Made by a program: the position numbers and the translations under genes. The notes below the pieces were generated by a model, which was given only the letters and a program-made list of their open reading frames with translations, made no database searches and was not told where the DNA came from. This document shows, one piece after another, positions 1 to 10,821 of a stretch of DNA of 64,000 bases; the stretch's first letter is position 1; the number at the start of each line of letters is the position of its first letter. Origin of the DNA: Trueperaceae bacterium (lineage in GTDB: Bacteria; Deinococcota; Deinococci; Deinococcales; Trueperaceae); contig OZ243927.1 in NCBI GenBank assembly GCA_965213925.1, positions 2,144,001 through 2,208,000 on the forward strand, read 5' to 3'.

Positions 1-42
1 ACCCTCCAAGGTCGCGTGGATGTGAAGCTCGAGCCCTGTCAT
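1..42 (-). CDS. Probable N-terminus of molybdate ABC ATPase (runs off window)
   Basis: ATG at 42 just after the modB stop reads MTGLELHIHATLEG; ModC is the expected next gene, but only 14 codons are visible. Confidence 0.35.
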   Translation of the reverse strand, partial: MTGLELHIHATLEG

Positions 43-51
43 CTCGTCAGG

Positions 52-795
52 TCATCTCATCACATAGCTTCTGCGAACGACGAAGCGGAAGAGAAAAAGC
101 AGCAAAAACGCGCTCACCGTGAGTACCGCCGAGAGCGCTAGTGCCGCGTCCAGGTCGCTCTCCAGCGCGGCGTAGATCGCGAGCGGCATCGTGCGCGTGC
201 GCCCCGCGAACGAGCCCGCGAAGACCACCGTCGCCCCGAACTCGCCTAGCGCCCGCGCCCACGCGAGCACGACCCCTTCGATGAGGTACGGCACGACCAA
301 GGGCAGCGTCACGCGCACGAAGGTTTCGTAGCGGCTCATGCCGAGCGTGAGCGAGACGGCCTCCAACCTTCTCGGCACAGAGGTGAAGCCCGCTTTCATG
401 GCGCGAATGAAAAGCGGCGAGGCGCTAAAAAGCTGCGCTAAAACCACCGCCGAAGCGGAGAAGGCGACGTTTATCTCGAGTTCCGCCAGTGCCCCGCCCA
501 GGAGTCCGCGCCGCCCGAAGACGAGCAGGAGCCCGACCCCCGCCACCACGGGCGGCAGCACCAGCGGCAGGTCTAAGAGCGTATCTAAAAGCCTGTGTCC
601 GGGGAAGCGGTAGCGCGCCAAGAGGTACGCCGTCGGCGTGCCGAGCAGGAGCGTGAGCGAGAGGCTGATGCTCGTCGTGACGAGGCTGAGCCTAAGCGCT
701 TGCAGCGCGGCGGGTTCTAAAAGCGCGCCCATCAGCTCGGGGTTAAAAGCCCGCAGCAGCAGCGCGAGCGTCGGCAACACGAGGAGCGCCCCCAT
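52..795 (-). CDS. modB: Molybdate ABC transporter permease
   Basis: LDLPLVLPPVVAG and WARALGEFGAT motifs; follows modA. Confidence 0.9.
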   Translation of the reverse strand: MGALLVLPTLALLLRAFNPELMGALLEPAALQALRLSLVTTSISLSLTLLLGTPTAYLLARYRFPGHRLLDTLLDLPLVLPPVVAGVGLLLVFGRRGLLGGALAELEINVAFSASAVVLAQLFSASPLFIRAMKAGFTSVPRRLEAVSLTLGMSRYETFVRVTLPLVVPYLIEGVVLAWARALGEFGATVVFAGSFAGRTRTMPLAIYAALESDLDAALALSAVLTVSAFLLLFLFRFVVRRSYVMR

Positions 796-832
796 GACGA
801 CGCCCGCGGCGACGGGCAGAAAGGGCGGAAGG

Positions 833-1579
833 TTAGGGCTGCGCAGGGGAGAAGCCTCGCTCCGCTAGGGTTTCTTGACCGCTCGTCTGGACGAATTCGA
901 CGAACGCCGACGCCAACTCGGGGTGTCCACTGTCCGCGAGCACCGCGATAGGATAGCGCGCCGTGACGTTATATGCCGCCGGAATCTCGATAATATCGAC
1001 CCCGCTCAGCACCGCCGCGTCGGTCGCGTAGACGAGCGCCGCGTCCGCCTCGCCGAGCCCCACTTTCGCCGCGACTTGCCGCACGTTCGTTTCTTCAGAA
1101 ACGAGGTTCGCCAGGACGCGCGCCGAGAAGTCCGCGCCGTAGACCGCGTTCAACCGCCCTAAAACCTCCAGCGCGTAACGCCCCGCCGGTACGTTCGGTC
1201 CCGCCAAGACGAGCAGCACGCCCGGCTCGGCGAGGTCTCGAAGCGTTTGAATAGCTGAACCCGCCGGCGTGATGACGACGAGACGGTTTTGCGCGAAGGT
1301 CTGCGGCTCACCCTTCAGCAGCCCCGCCTCCGCGACCATGCCCATCTGCGCCTCGTCCGCGCTGGCGAACACGTCGGCGGGCGCGCCCTGCAAAATCTGC
1401 GTGCTCAAGGTGGACGAGCCCGCGAAGTTGAGGACGACCTCCACGCCTTGCTCCGCCTCGAACGCCGCCGCGACCGCTTCGAACGACTCGGTGAGGCTCG
1501 AGGCGGCAAATACCGCCAGCTCCTGCGCGTAAGTGACGCTAATTAGAGAGAGTAAAAAAACGAGAATCGTAGAGCGCAC
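833..1579 (-). CDS. modA: Molybdate ABC transporter substrate-binding protein
   Basis: Signal peptide, VFAASSL, FAGSSTL, ADVFASA, VPAGRY, VYATD motifs; TATAGT 5 nt upstream of GTG. Confidence 0.92.
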   Translation of the reverse strand: MRSTILVFLLSLISVTYAQELAVFAASSLTESFEAVAAAFEAEQGVEVVLNFAGSSTLSTQILQGAPADVFASADEAQMGMVAEAGLLKGEPQTFAQNRLVVITPAGSAIQTLRDLAEPGVLLVLAGPNVPAGRYALEVLGRLNAVYGADFSARVLANLVSEETNVRQVAAKVGLGEADAALVYATDAAVLSGVDIIEIPAAYNVTARYPIAVLADSGHPELASAFVEFVQTSGQETLAERGFSPAQP

Positions 1580-1639
1580 AACCGACTATATCAAGCTGTT
1601 TCGGAATGAAAGGCTCAGATTTGACACGAAGAGGTCAAG

Positions 1640-2143
1640 TTACGACTCTGCCTCATTTTGAGGGACGCGGTTTTGCTCGAGTCTGCCTAGCAGTCCCGTC
1701 AAAGCGTCCACACCGAGGAGGAGCCCAACACCTAAAACGAGCCTCACCGCTCCACTAATAGGCCGAACTAGATTTGTGAAGCCCGCCGGTGCAAAAAGAC
1801 CGTCCGCCGCTGCCTGCAGCAAGTCGGCGGCTCCTTGCACCGCGAAGATGAGCCCGACTACCGAAAAAGCTAAACGCTGCACTTGCTGAAACGAGAGGGT
1901 GCCGACGCTTATCTCGCTAGGCTTGGGCGTGAGCCAGGTGGCAAGGCGGGGCGCGTAACGCCACAGCGCGAACGCAACGCCGAGGGTGACAAAGGTATTT
2001 GCGGCGTAAGAGGTGACAAAAAGAAAGACCTCTTCCGTGCTAAAAAGTGAAGGGATAATCCAGGTGAGAGAGGTCAGCGTGACGAGGACGAAGTAGAGCG
2101 CTAAAACTCGGCAAGCAAGGACGGAGAGGTCTCGGGTGTCCAT
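1640..2143 (-). CDS. Hypothetical 4-TM membrane protein
   Basis: Hydrophobic ORF; start moved to MDTRDL because CATAAT lies 6 nt upstream; paralog at 16804-17070. Confidence 0.7.
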   Translation of the reverse strand: MDTRDLSVLACRVLALYFVLVTLTSLTWIIPSLFSTEEVFLFVTSYAANTFVTLGVAFALWRYAPRLATWLTPKPSEISVGTLSFQQVQRLAFSVVGLIFAVQGAADLLQAAADGLFAPAGFTNLVRPISGAVRLVLGVGLLLGVDALTGLLGRLEQNRVPQNEAES

Positions 2144-2293
2144 ATCCTGATTATGGCGCAGAGGGTGGTTTAGAGACAACTCGAGCCGACAGATACGCGC
2201 TTCTGTTCGCGTTCCCGCGAGGTTGAAGGTACCGCGTAGCGTGCGCCCCGAACAACACCCTTTTTCGATGCCACTTTGCGGTATGCTCTTCGG

Positions 2294-3232
2294 GTGAGCA
2301 CCGAAACCGTGCAGACTTTACAAACGCGCTTTTTAGACCGCAACGAACGCGCTCTAGCGAGGGCGATCAGCCTCATCGAGCGCGGTCAAGACGAAGGTCA
2401 AGCCCTCCTCAAAGCGGTGCGTTCACGAGGGGGCAAGGCGCGCATCGTCGGGCTGACGGGCTCACCCGGTAGCGGCAAGAGCACCTTAGCCGACAGGCTA
2501 ATCGGTGAAGTTAGGGAGCGCGGGCAAGAGGTCGCCGTCGTCGCCGTAGACCCCACGAGCCCTTACAGCGGCGGCGCGATTCTGGGCGACCGAATCCGCA
2601 TGATGCGCCACCACAAAGACCCCGGTGTCTACATCCGCTCGATGGCGACGAGAGGTCATCTAGGCGGCTTGGCGGCGGCGACGCTGCAAGTCATCGCGCT
2701 TTTAGACGCTTACGGCTTCGACTACATCTTCGTGGAAACAGTCGGCGTCGGTCAGTCGGAGGTGGACATCGTGCAGGTGGCGGACTCGACCGTGCTCATC
2801 CTCAATCCGGGGCAGGGCGACGGCGTGCAGGCGTTCAAGGCGGGCATCATGGAAATCGCGGACCTCTTCGCTATTAACAAAGCGGACCATGACGGCACCG
2901 GGCGCTTAAAGCGTGAGATTCAAGCTGCGCTCGACTTGGGCATGTGGGAAGAAGGCGCGTGGCGTCCTCCGCTGCAAGAGACTGTCGCCCTAGAGAATAA
3001 AGGCAGCGAAGACCTCTTGGCGCACCTCTCAGAACATTATAAGCATCTGAAAACGACGGGCGAATTAGAGGAGCGCAGGCGCAGGCGGGCTCGCTTCGAA
3101 ATCTCCGCGATGGTCACCGCCCAGGTGCAGCGGCGCGTGGAGGCGGACGAGGCGCGTTACGTCGAGGCGGTGCTAAAGGGCGACCTCTCGCCCGCTGAAG
3201 TGGTGGATGAGTTGCTGGGCTCGAGGGTTTAG
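2294..3232 (+). CDS. meaB: MeaB/ArgK-family GTPase (methylmalonyl-CoA mutase chaperone)
   Basis: GSPGSGKS P-loop, DPTSPYSGGAILGDRIRM, ETVGVGQSE, NKAD; GTG start 6 nt after TATGCT. Confidence 0.92.
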   Translation: MSTETVQTLQTRFLDRNERALARAISLIERGQDEGQALLKAVRSRGGKARIVGLTGSPGSGKSTLADRLIGEVRERGQEVAVVAVDPTSPYSGGAILGDRIRMMRHHKDPGVYIRSMATRGHLGGLAAATLQVIALLDAYGFDYIFVETVGVGQSEVDIVQVADSTVLILNPGQGDGVQAFKAGIMEIADLFAINKADHDGTGRLKREIQAALDLGMWEEGAWRPPLQETVALENKGSEDLLAHLSEHYKHLKTTGELEERRRRRARFEISAMVTAQVQRRVEADEARYVEAVLKGDLSPAEVVDELLGSRV

Positions 3233-3274
3233 AAAGAAGCTGTTAGCTCTTAGCCATTAAGTGCCCGCACTTAT

Positions 3275-3442
3275 TACACTGTCAACTAAGTATTGATACC
3301 TTCTCACTGATGTCACCCTGAGCCGAAGGCGTAAGGGTCTCGTCTCGCAATCTCTGTTAGAGGAGTCAGCAAGGGCAGAGATTCTTACGCTCCACTGCGT
3401 TCCGCTCAGAATGACATCACTTATTCTTTAGTTGACAGAGTA
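3275..3442. mobile_element. MITE-like element family A (168 bp), intact copy with an internal TGTC/CGTC-type REP palindrome
   Basis: Ends TACACTGTCAACTAAG / CTTTAGTTGACAGAGTA; flanking direct repeat CTTAT (3270-3274, 3443-3447); internal TGATGTCA...TGACATCA stem; copies at 41098-41617 and 60197-60337. Confidence 0.8.
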
Positions 3443-3544
3443 CTTATTTAAGTTAAACCAAAAGTGCGGCGTAAACACTGTACAGGACTGTAGAATCAGC
3501 AGCTCGAGCGCTCTAAGGTAGTTAAACCTAATTAGGTACGAGTA

Positions 3545-3590
3545 TTTAGCTGTTAGCTTTTGCTAATACCCAAGCGCTAAAAGCTAATAG
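3545..3590. repeat. Heptamer-based palindromic repeat (TTAGC/GCTAA units)
   Basis: tttagctgttagcttttgctaatacccaagcgctaaaagcta resembles 37080-37122; related units at about 3238-3258. Confidence 0.6.
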
Positions 3591-3667
3591 ACCTCGTTAT
3601 CAAGATTTAGAGCGCCGAGACGCAGACGTTATCTTGCAACGTGCGTGCGAAACTCTCGCCGACTTGA

Positions 3668-4787
<1,120 letters not shown>

Positions 4788-4789
4788 AG

Positions 4790-4918
4790 ATGAGCAACGA
4801 GCAATGAGTCTAAAGCCTTTCACTCATTGCTCACCGTTCGTTCCTTTCACATTCGTGAAAACTACGTAATCGGAAGCTAAAACCACCAGCTCGACTGGAT
4901 TGCTTTTAACTCATTGCT
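4790..4918 (-). repeat. Repeat family C (GCAATGA/TCATTGC heptamer-hairpin element)
   Basis: Reverse complement starts AGCAATGAGTTAAAAGCAA and ends in a GAGCAATGAG..CTCATTGCTC hairpin, as at 21596-21729 and 61380-61543. Confidence 0.75.
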
Positions 4919-4926
4919 GCCTTTTA

Positions 4927-5037
4927 CAACAGTTCACGTGAACACTGAGCTTGAATCACGCAAGTATCATTTCGCAATGTGCGTGCTCATCAATGTTTTT
5001 TAACGTGAGACTGGCTCAAACCAAATGATACTTGCTA
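4927..5037 (-). mobile_element. MITE-like element family B (111 bp, TA-flanked)
   Basis: TA on both sides (4925-4926, 5038-5039); internal IR GCAAGTATCATTT/AAATGATACTTGC; reverse complement aligns with 41252-41362. Confidence 0.8.
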
Positions 5038-5150
5038 TAGATGTCATTGACCCTACGCGCTTTTTTTCGCGTTAAGCGTATACTTTTTGTAGTGATTTAG
5101 GAACGCATCCACCCAGACAATCCAAAGACCATTCAATTCGAAAGGACATT

Positions 5151-6134
5151 ATGTCTTATTTACTTCGCGGCATTGCGGCGGATGGGGGCATTCGCGTGGT
5201 CGCTGCTGACACAACGAAGCTCGTCGAGGAGGCGAGAGAGCGCCACGACACCTCACCGACGGCGACGGCGGCGCTAGGGCGCACCTTGACGGGCGCACTG
5301 CTGCTTTCGCACGTGCTTCTCAAAAATCCGCAAGACCGCGTGACCCTGCGCTTGCGCGGCGACGGTCCGATGGGCGGCGTGATTGCAGACGCGGGCTTAG
5401 ACGGCTCCGTGCGCGGTTACGTCACGAATCCGAATACCTACGTGCCGCTCCGTCCCGACGGCAAGCTCAACGTGGGCGGCGCACTTGGCAAGGGCGACTT
5501 GCAAGTGATTCGTGCTCACGCGCCTTACGGCGACCCCTACAGCTCATCGGTTGACCTCGTTACAGGCGAAGTCGCTGAAGACATCGCCGTTTTTCTGGCG
5601 CAGTCCGAGCAGATCAGCTCCGCTGTATTAGTAGGCGTCTACATGGAGCGCAACGGCGTCGTTAAGTCGGGCGGTGTGATTCTGCAGGCCCTACCCGACG
5701 CCGACCCCGCCGCTTTAGACCTCTTAGAAGCCAACGTCAAAGCGGTCGGGCAACTCACCGACGCGATGCAGCGCGTTTCGCTTTTGGAGATTTTAGAGGA
5801 ACTCTGCTGGGGTTTGGACTTTAAGCTCTTGACGCAAGACGCCTTACCGCTTAGGTTCGAATGTCATTGCAGCGATGAAAAAGCCCTAGACGCCCTCGCC
5901 TATTTCTCCCCCGAAGAGCGCGAGCAGATGATCGAAGAGGATGACGGCGCAGAAGCCGTGTGTCACTGGTGTGGCGAGAAACGCTGGATAACGCCGGAGC
6001 AAATTCGCACGATCTCAAGCGACGAAATTCGCTGCCCGGAGTGCGACACGCTCTGGTATAGGGAGGGACAAGTGACGATGGTGCGCGAGTCGGAGCGGTG
6101 CGCGTGCGGGGTGCCGGTGCAACTTCCCGCTTAA
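5151..6134 (+). CDS. hslO: Hsp33 redox chaperone with extra C-terminal Cys-rich extension
   Basis: ATAALGRTLTG, SEQISS, CHCS...CHWC zinc centre; additional CPEC...CAC tail. Confidence 0.92.
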   Translation: MSYLLRGIAADGGIRVVAADTTKLVEEARERHDTSPTATAALGRTLTGALLLSHVLLKNPQDRVTLRLRGDGPMGGVIADAGLDGSVRGYVTNPNTYVPLRPDGKLNVGGALGKGDLQVIRAHAPYGDPYSSSVDLVTGEVAEDIAVFLAQSEQISSAVLVGVYMERNGVVKSGGVILQALPDADPAALDLLEANVKAVGQLTDAMQRVSLLEILEELCWGLDFKLLTQDALPLRFECHCSDEKALDALAYFSPEEREQMIEEDDGAEAVCHWCGEKRWITPEQIRTISSDEIRCPECDTLWYREGQVTMVRESERCACGVPVQLPA

Positions 6135-6150
6135 CACTCACCTTTCATCT

Positions 6151-6186
6151 AAAAGAGGTCGCTTCGTGAGCGACCTTTTCTTTTTT
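6151..6186. terminator. Intrinsic terminator (probably bidirectional) between convergent hslO and hicd
   Basis: AGGTCGCT-TCGTG-AGCGACCT stem followed by a T-run and preceded by an A-run. Confidence 0.8.
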
Positions 6187-6246
6187 GGTTGGTGGAGGCT
6201 CGAGACCTCCCGCACTTCAACAAGGGATTGCGCAACCTCTCGCCTT

Positions 6247-7245
6247 CTACAAGTTCGTCAGCGCGTCAATCACCGCGTCCGTAAACTCCTCCGTATTTGC
6301 CTTGCCTCCCAAATCAGCCGTTAAGGGACCCTCTGCTAAAACCGTATCTACCGCCTTGTCGAGTTTTTGCGCCGTCTCTTGTTCACCTAGATGCTCCAAC
6401 ATCAGCGCTGCGGTTAAAATCGTCGCGGCGGGGTTGGCAATGCCTTGACCCATGATGTCGGGGGCGCTGCCGTGGACGGGCTCAAAAATGGCGTTCTCGA
6501 GCCCGATGTTCGCGCTCGGCGCGAGCCCTAAACCGCCCACTAAACCCGCCATGAGGTCTGAGAGAATATCCCCGAAGAGGTTCGTCGTCACGAGCACGTC
6601 GAAGTTCTGCGGCTCGCGCACGAGCTTCATGGCGGCGGCGTCCACGATGATGTCGTAGGTTTCCACGTCAATGTAGTCTTTCGCCACGTTGACCGCAGAC
6701 TCTAAAAAGAGACCTGTCGTGAGCGGCAAGACGTTCGCCTTGTGGATGACCGCGAGTTTCTTGCGGCGTCTGCGCGCCTCCTCTAGCGCGACTTTCGCGA
6801 TGCGCTCCGAGGCGCTTTTGGTAATGACCGTATCCGCAATCGCCACATCCTCGTAGCGCCGCTCCTGCTCCACATAAAGCCCCTGCGTATTCTCGCGTAC
6901 CATGAGCATGTCTACACCCTGGAGCGAGTCGGGGATGGGGCGCGACTTGGCGGGACGCAAGTTGGCGAAGAGGTCTAAGTTGCGCCGCATATAGCGAATC
7001 GCGCCCTGAAAGCCAGGGACTTTCTTGCTCGGGCTGGTGAAGGCTCCGGCTAGGGTGGCGTCGGTCGCTTTGATCTTCTCCAGCGTGATATCCGGGACGC
7101 TGTTGCCTGTTTTCTGGAAGGTGTCCCAACCCGCTTCGGCGTGACCGAACTCTAAGTCCAACCCCGTCGCCTCCAAGACCCGCTGCGTCGCCGGAACGAC
7201 CTCTAAGCCGATGCCGTCGCCTGGAATAAGTAGAATTTTGTGCAT
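6247..7245 (-). CDS. hicd: Homoisocitrate/isocitrate dehydrogenase (AAA lysine pathway)
   Basis: [54 protein letters not shown] match Thermus HICDH as recalled. Confidence 0.85.
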   Translation of the reverse strand: MHKILLIPGDGIGLEVVPATQRVLEATGLDLEFGHAEAGWDTFQKTGNSVPDITLEKIKATDATLAGAFTSPSKKVPGFQGAIRYMRRNLDLFANLRPAKSRPIPDSLQGVDMLMVRENTQGLYVEQERRYEDVAIADTVITKSASERIAKVALEEARRRRKKLAVIHKANVLPLTTGLFLESAVNVAKDYIDVETYDIIVDAAAMKLVREPQNFDVLVTTNLFGDILSDLMAGLVGGLGLAPSANIGLENAIFEPVHGSAPDIMGQGIANPAATILTAALMLEHLGEQETAQKLDKAVDTVLAEGPLTADLGGKANTEEFTDAVIDALTNL

Positions 7246-7362
7246 AAGTCACCTCAAAAATTAGGGGAAACGTGTCCCCGTCCAAATAGTTTGATTTGCG
7301 CCCCAGGCGCAGACCTTTTCTTCTCACGCTACCACGCTGAGAAAATGCGAATGTGCGCTTTT

Positions 7363-8658
7363 TCATGATGAGGGGTCTCGAGCCTCATCTCCCAGGGACC
7401 GAGCACGGCGTCTATCCACCAAAAGGTAGAGTGGCAGCGAAAGGGCGAGCAGCCCAGCCGCAATCATCCAAGCGGTGCTGATGGAGAAGCCCTCGGAGAC
7501 ATAACCGAGCGCAATACTCCCCAAGCCGCCGCCGACGTAATTCGCTAGCGACTGCACCGAGAGCATGGACGAGCGTTTAGCGGCAGGGACCTCAGCGTTG
7601 AAGAGCGTTGCATGAGGCGAGTTCATGATGCCCCTCGAGAAATACACGAGCCAGAAAAACGCCGTCGCAAGCCCCGCCGTAGACTGCAACGCGAGCAGGA
7701 GGAGCACCCCGCCCTGAACCCCTCCAAAAAGCGCCGCAACTAAGCCGTAGCGTTTTCTGAAGAGCTTGCTGAGCGGCGTCGAGAGGAGGTTGCCCACCAT
7801 GCCGAGACCGAAGCTGCCCGCTAAGAGAAAGCCGAACAGGACGCTGTTGCCTTCGCTACCGCCCAAGAGGTTAGCGAAATAGGGTTGCCAAAACGTCTCT
7901 ACGCCGCTGAGCGCAAAGCCACCTACGGACGCTGCGCCTAAAAGCAGCAGAATCGTAGGATTGCGCCGACTCAAACCGACCGCCTCGCGGATGAGGCTCG
8001 GAATCGTGCTAAAGCCGCTTATATCGGCGTCTCCTAGCCTCGAGCGGTCCTCTTTTACCAATAGCGCCACCGCTAAAAAGGTCACGGCGAACATGGCTAT
8101 GGAGAAGACGATCGTCATAGAGAAGGGCGTGAATATCGCGGTCCCTTCTTCGGGTAGACCGCCGAAAAATGTTGGGATGACGCCGCTCAGGAGCGTGCCA
8201 ACGCCGAGCGCGAAGAGTTCGAACGTTCCCGCGACGGCGAATGCGGGTTGAAGCTCCGCGTCAGGGTCAACCTCTTGCAGGCTGTCGATAAACCACGCCT
8301 CTAGCGCGCCCGAAGACAGCGCCCGACCTGCCCCGGAGAGGACGGCGAAGGCGAGCAGCGTGACGAACGAGAAGGCGACGAGGAGGACGGCGAGAGAAGC
8401 CAAGATAAAGCTGAGCGCTAAGAGCGTCACCCGTTTGCGCCCGATGGCGTCGGCTAAACCGCCCGTGGGTAGCTCGAGCAACACAACCGCAAATCCGTAG
8501 ATACCCAGCGCAACGCCGATTTGCGAGAGGTCAAACCCCCTAGCTTGGATGAGGAGCACTTGCACAGCGGCAGGTAGAACGGTGGCGAACCAAAAGAGGG
8601 TGACGTAGAGGTAGTAGGTGAGTTTGATTCTGCGTAAAGAGGTTGCGTCCGGCGTCAT
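7363..8658 (-). CDS. MFS transporter
   Basis: LELPTGGLADAIGRK motif A, SGALEAW, about 12 TM segments. Confidence 0.88.
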   Translation of the reverse strand: MTPDATSLRRIKLTYYLYVTLFWFATVLPAAVQVLLIQARGFDLSQIGVALGIYGFAVVLLELPTGGLADAIGRKRVTLLALSFILASLAVLLVAFSFVTLLAFAVLSGAGRALSSGALEAWFIDSLQEVDPDAELQPAFAVAGTFELFALGVGTLLSGVIPTFFGGLPEEGTAIFTPFSMTIVFSIAMFAVTFLAVALLVKEDRSRLGDADISGFSTIPSLIREAVGLSRRNPTILLLLGAASVGGFALSGVETFWQPYFANLLGGSEGNSVLFGFLLAGSFGLGMVGNLLSTPLSKLFRKRYGLVAALFGGVQGGVLLLLALQSTAGLATAFFWLVYFSRGIMNSPHATLFNAEVPAAKRSSMLSVQSLANYVGGGLGSIALGYVSEGFSISTAWMIAAGLLALSLPLYLLVDRRRARSLGDEARDPSS

Positions 8659-8677
8659 GAGGCTATGCTGCGTGCTA

Positions 8678-8713
8678 CTCTACGTAAAATGGAAGATAAA
8701 TATTTACGTAGAG
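8678..8713. promoter_or_regulatory. Putative operator: 11-bp perfect inverted repeat around the regulator start codon
   Basis: CTCTACGTAAA (8678-8688) - 14 nt - TTTACGTAGAG (8703-8713). Confidence 0.55.
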
Positions 8714-9357
8714 AATTGCCTGAGACGTTTTTCACCGTGCAGGATGCTGAGCAGGCTCATCTACTGAGTGACGTGAAAACCAGAGCGTACTTCGAACCCT
8801 TTTTAGGGCGGGAGCTGAGCGTATTGGCGGCGGCTCGAGAGGTCGGCTGCTCACTCCACGCGATGCTCTACCGCGTTCGGGTCTTTGTGGGAGCTGGTTT
8901 GCTGCGCATCGTGAGAGAGGAGGCGCGGGCAGGGCGTCCTATCAAATACTACCGTTCAGCTCATGACGCCTACTTCATTCCCTTGGAGATGACCCCTTAC
9001 GCCGAGTTAGAAGAACGTCTTAGCGTTCAGTTTGCGCCTAGCGTCAATATGCTGACTAAGTCCTGGTCTCACCTATTGCGCGAGATAGGGCAGCACGGGC
9101 GGCGGCTCTACCGCGACGATGCCGGGTTCGTCTTCTCAGACTCTGGCGAAGAGGGTCAGCACTTTTCTGACTACCGCAGCCTCAACTTTCCTGCTGCGTT
9201 CGATTTCTTCTTAGAGCTTCATCTACCTCAGGAGGAAGCGAAGCGCTTACAGCTCGAGCTTGTCGAACTCTATAAGCGTTATTTACCTTGCCGGGAGAAA
9301 AGTGGCGATAAAGCGTACATCTTCCAAGCCGCGCTCGTTCCAAAAGTGCCCGACTAA
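8689..9357 (+). CDS. Winged-helix (ArsR-like) transcriptional regulator
   Basis: SVLAAAREVG..MLYRVRVFVGAGLL..GRPIKYY HTH; divergent from the MFS gene; ATG 7 nt after TACTCT. Confidence 0.7.
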   Translation: MEDKYLRRELPETFFTVQDAEQAHLLSDVKTRAYFEPFLGRELSVLAAAREVGCSLHAMLYRVRVFVGAGLLRIVREEARAGRPIKYYRSAHDAYFIPLEMTPYAELEERLSVQFAPSVNMLTKSWSHLLREIGQHGRRLYRDDAGFVFSDSGEEGQHFSDYRSLNFPAAFDFFLELHLPQEEAKRLQLELVELYKRYLPCREKSGDKAYIFQAALVPKVPD

Positions 9358-9366
9358 ACGCCCTTT

Positions 9367-9702
9367 TCAATCCTGAAAAACCGTCGCCAACGCCTTCCCT
9401 AGCGCCACCCCGACCCAAGCGACGCACATCACAAAAAGCCAGAGCGTCACGTCCCAGCGGAGCGAGTCGGTGCTCAAATCGAGAGGCGCGGCTCCGACAA
9501 GAGGCAAGACGTAAAAGTCGAGCGAGAGAAAGAGCGTCACCAGCGCGAGCGCCCACCAGCGCCCGATGAGTGCGCCTATTACGAGCGGCGCGAGGAGTTG
9601 CCAAGCGCCGTAGAGGTTAAGGGCGAAACCGACGCCGATAATGGTGCTGAGGAGGAGCGCCCAAAGGCGTAGCGGCGGGCGTTGGTCGAAGCTTTCCCTC
9701 AC
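9367..9702 (-). CDS. Hypothetical membrane protein
   Basis: 111-aa hydrophobic ORF downstream of moeB. Confidence 0.6.
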   Translation of the reverse strand: MRESFDQRPPLRLWALLLSTIIGVGFALNLYGAWQLLAPLVIGALIGRWWALALVTLFLSLDFYVLPLVGAAPLDLSTDSLRWDVTLWLFVMCVAWVGVALGKALATVFQD

Positions 9703-9730
9703 ACTAATCTCCTACCACCCGTCAAAGAGG

Positions 9731-10537
9731 TCAAACCCCGCAAAAGTCTTCATAGTCCACCAAGGCGCGGATACTCGGCGCGTCCCCGCACACCGGACAC
9801 GCCGCGTTCCGCGCCAGCTTCACCCGCCGAAACTCGCTGTACACCGCGTCGAAGTGGAGCAGGGTGCCCGCGAGCGTCTCGCCTAAGCCAACGAGATGCT
9901 TAATCGCCTCGGTTGCCATTAAGCTCCCAACCACACCGGGCAGCGCCCCGAACACACCCGCCTCCGCGCAGCTTCTAACCGTACCAAGCTGCGGCGGCTC
10001 CGGGTACAAGCAGCGGTAGCACGGACCTAGCCCCTCGTTCGTCTCGGCGTGAAGCAAACTGACTTGCCCTTCAAACTGAGACATCGCGCCGTAGACGAGA
10101 GGTTTACCGAGCAAGACACAGGCGTCATTGACGAGGTAGCGGGTAGGAAAGTTGTCGGAGCCGTCTAGGATGAGGTCGTAGCCTGCGAGGATATCGAAAG
10201 CGTTGTCGGCGCTCAACCTCGTGTTATGCAAAATCACTTCAATATCGGAGTTGAGGTCTTCGAGTGAGGCTCGAGCCGAGTCCGTCTTCTTCTCCCCCAG
10301 CCTCTTCGCGCTATGGATCACCTGCCGCTGCAAGTTGCTCACGTCCACCACGTCGTCGTCCACCACGCCGAGCGTGCCGACGCCCGCCGCCGCGAGGTAA
10401 AGGAGTATAGGCGAGCCCAAGCCGCCCGCGCCAATGACGAGGGCTTTAGAGTCTAACAACCTCTTTTGACCCGCCGCGCCCACGCCCGGCAAGATGATGT
10501 GGCGGGCGTAGCGGTCGAGTTGGTCTTTGCTGAACAT
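9731..10537 (-). CDS. moeB: MoeB/ThiF (E1-like) adenylyltransferase, no rhodanese domain
   Basis: RYARHI, GAGGLG, SNLQRQ, DNFPTRY, CYRC and CPVC zinc motifs; TACACT 6 nt upstream. Confidence 0.9.
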   Translation of the reverse strand: MFSKDQLDRYARHIILPGVGAAGQKRLLDSKALVIGAGGLGSPILLYLAAAGVGTLGVVDDDVVDVSNLQRQVIHSAKRLGEKKTDSARASLEDLNSDIEVILHNTRLSADNAFDILAGYDLILDGSDNFPTRYLVNDACVLLGKPLVYGAMSQFEGQVSLLHAETNEGLGPCYRCLYPEPPQLGTVRSCAEAGVFGALPGVVGSLMATEAIKHLVGLGETLAGTLLHFDAVYSEFRRVKLARNAACPVCGDAPSIRALVDYEDFCGV

Positions 10538-10821
10538 CTCTTCAGTGTACGACTTAAAGCCGCCTTAACGCCTCATCCATCTCGACGTTACCGGAGAGGA
10601 TTTCGAAGATTTTCTTAGAGGTGTAGCCTGTACGTAAGGTTTCCACCGCGACGAGGGCAACATTGGAGCCGGTCCGTCCATTTGCGCCTACGACCAACAC
10701 TGCCACTAGACCTCCTTAATAGTTTCTTGAGTTTAGGTAAGAATACCCGAGAGAAAGGGTGAATGAGCGTTATATTTGGAAAGTTATGGTTCAATGTTCG
10801 CACTGGAAAGGCAACTTGCTT

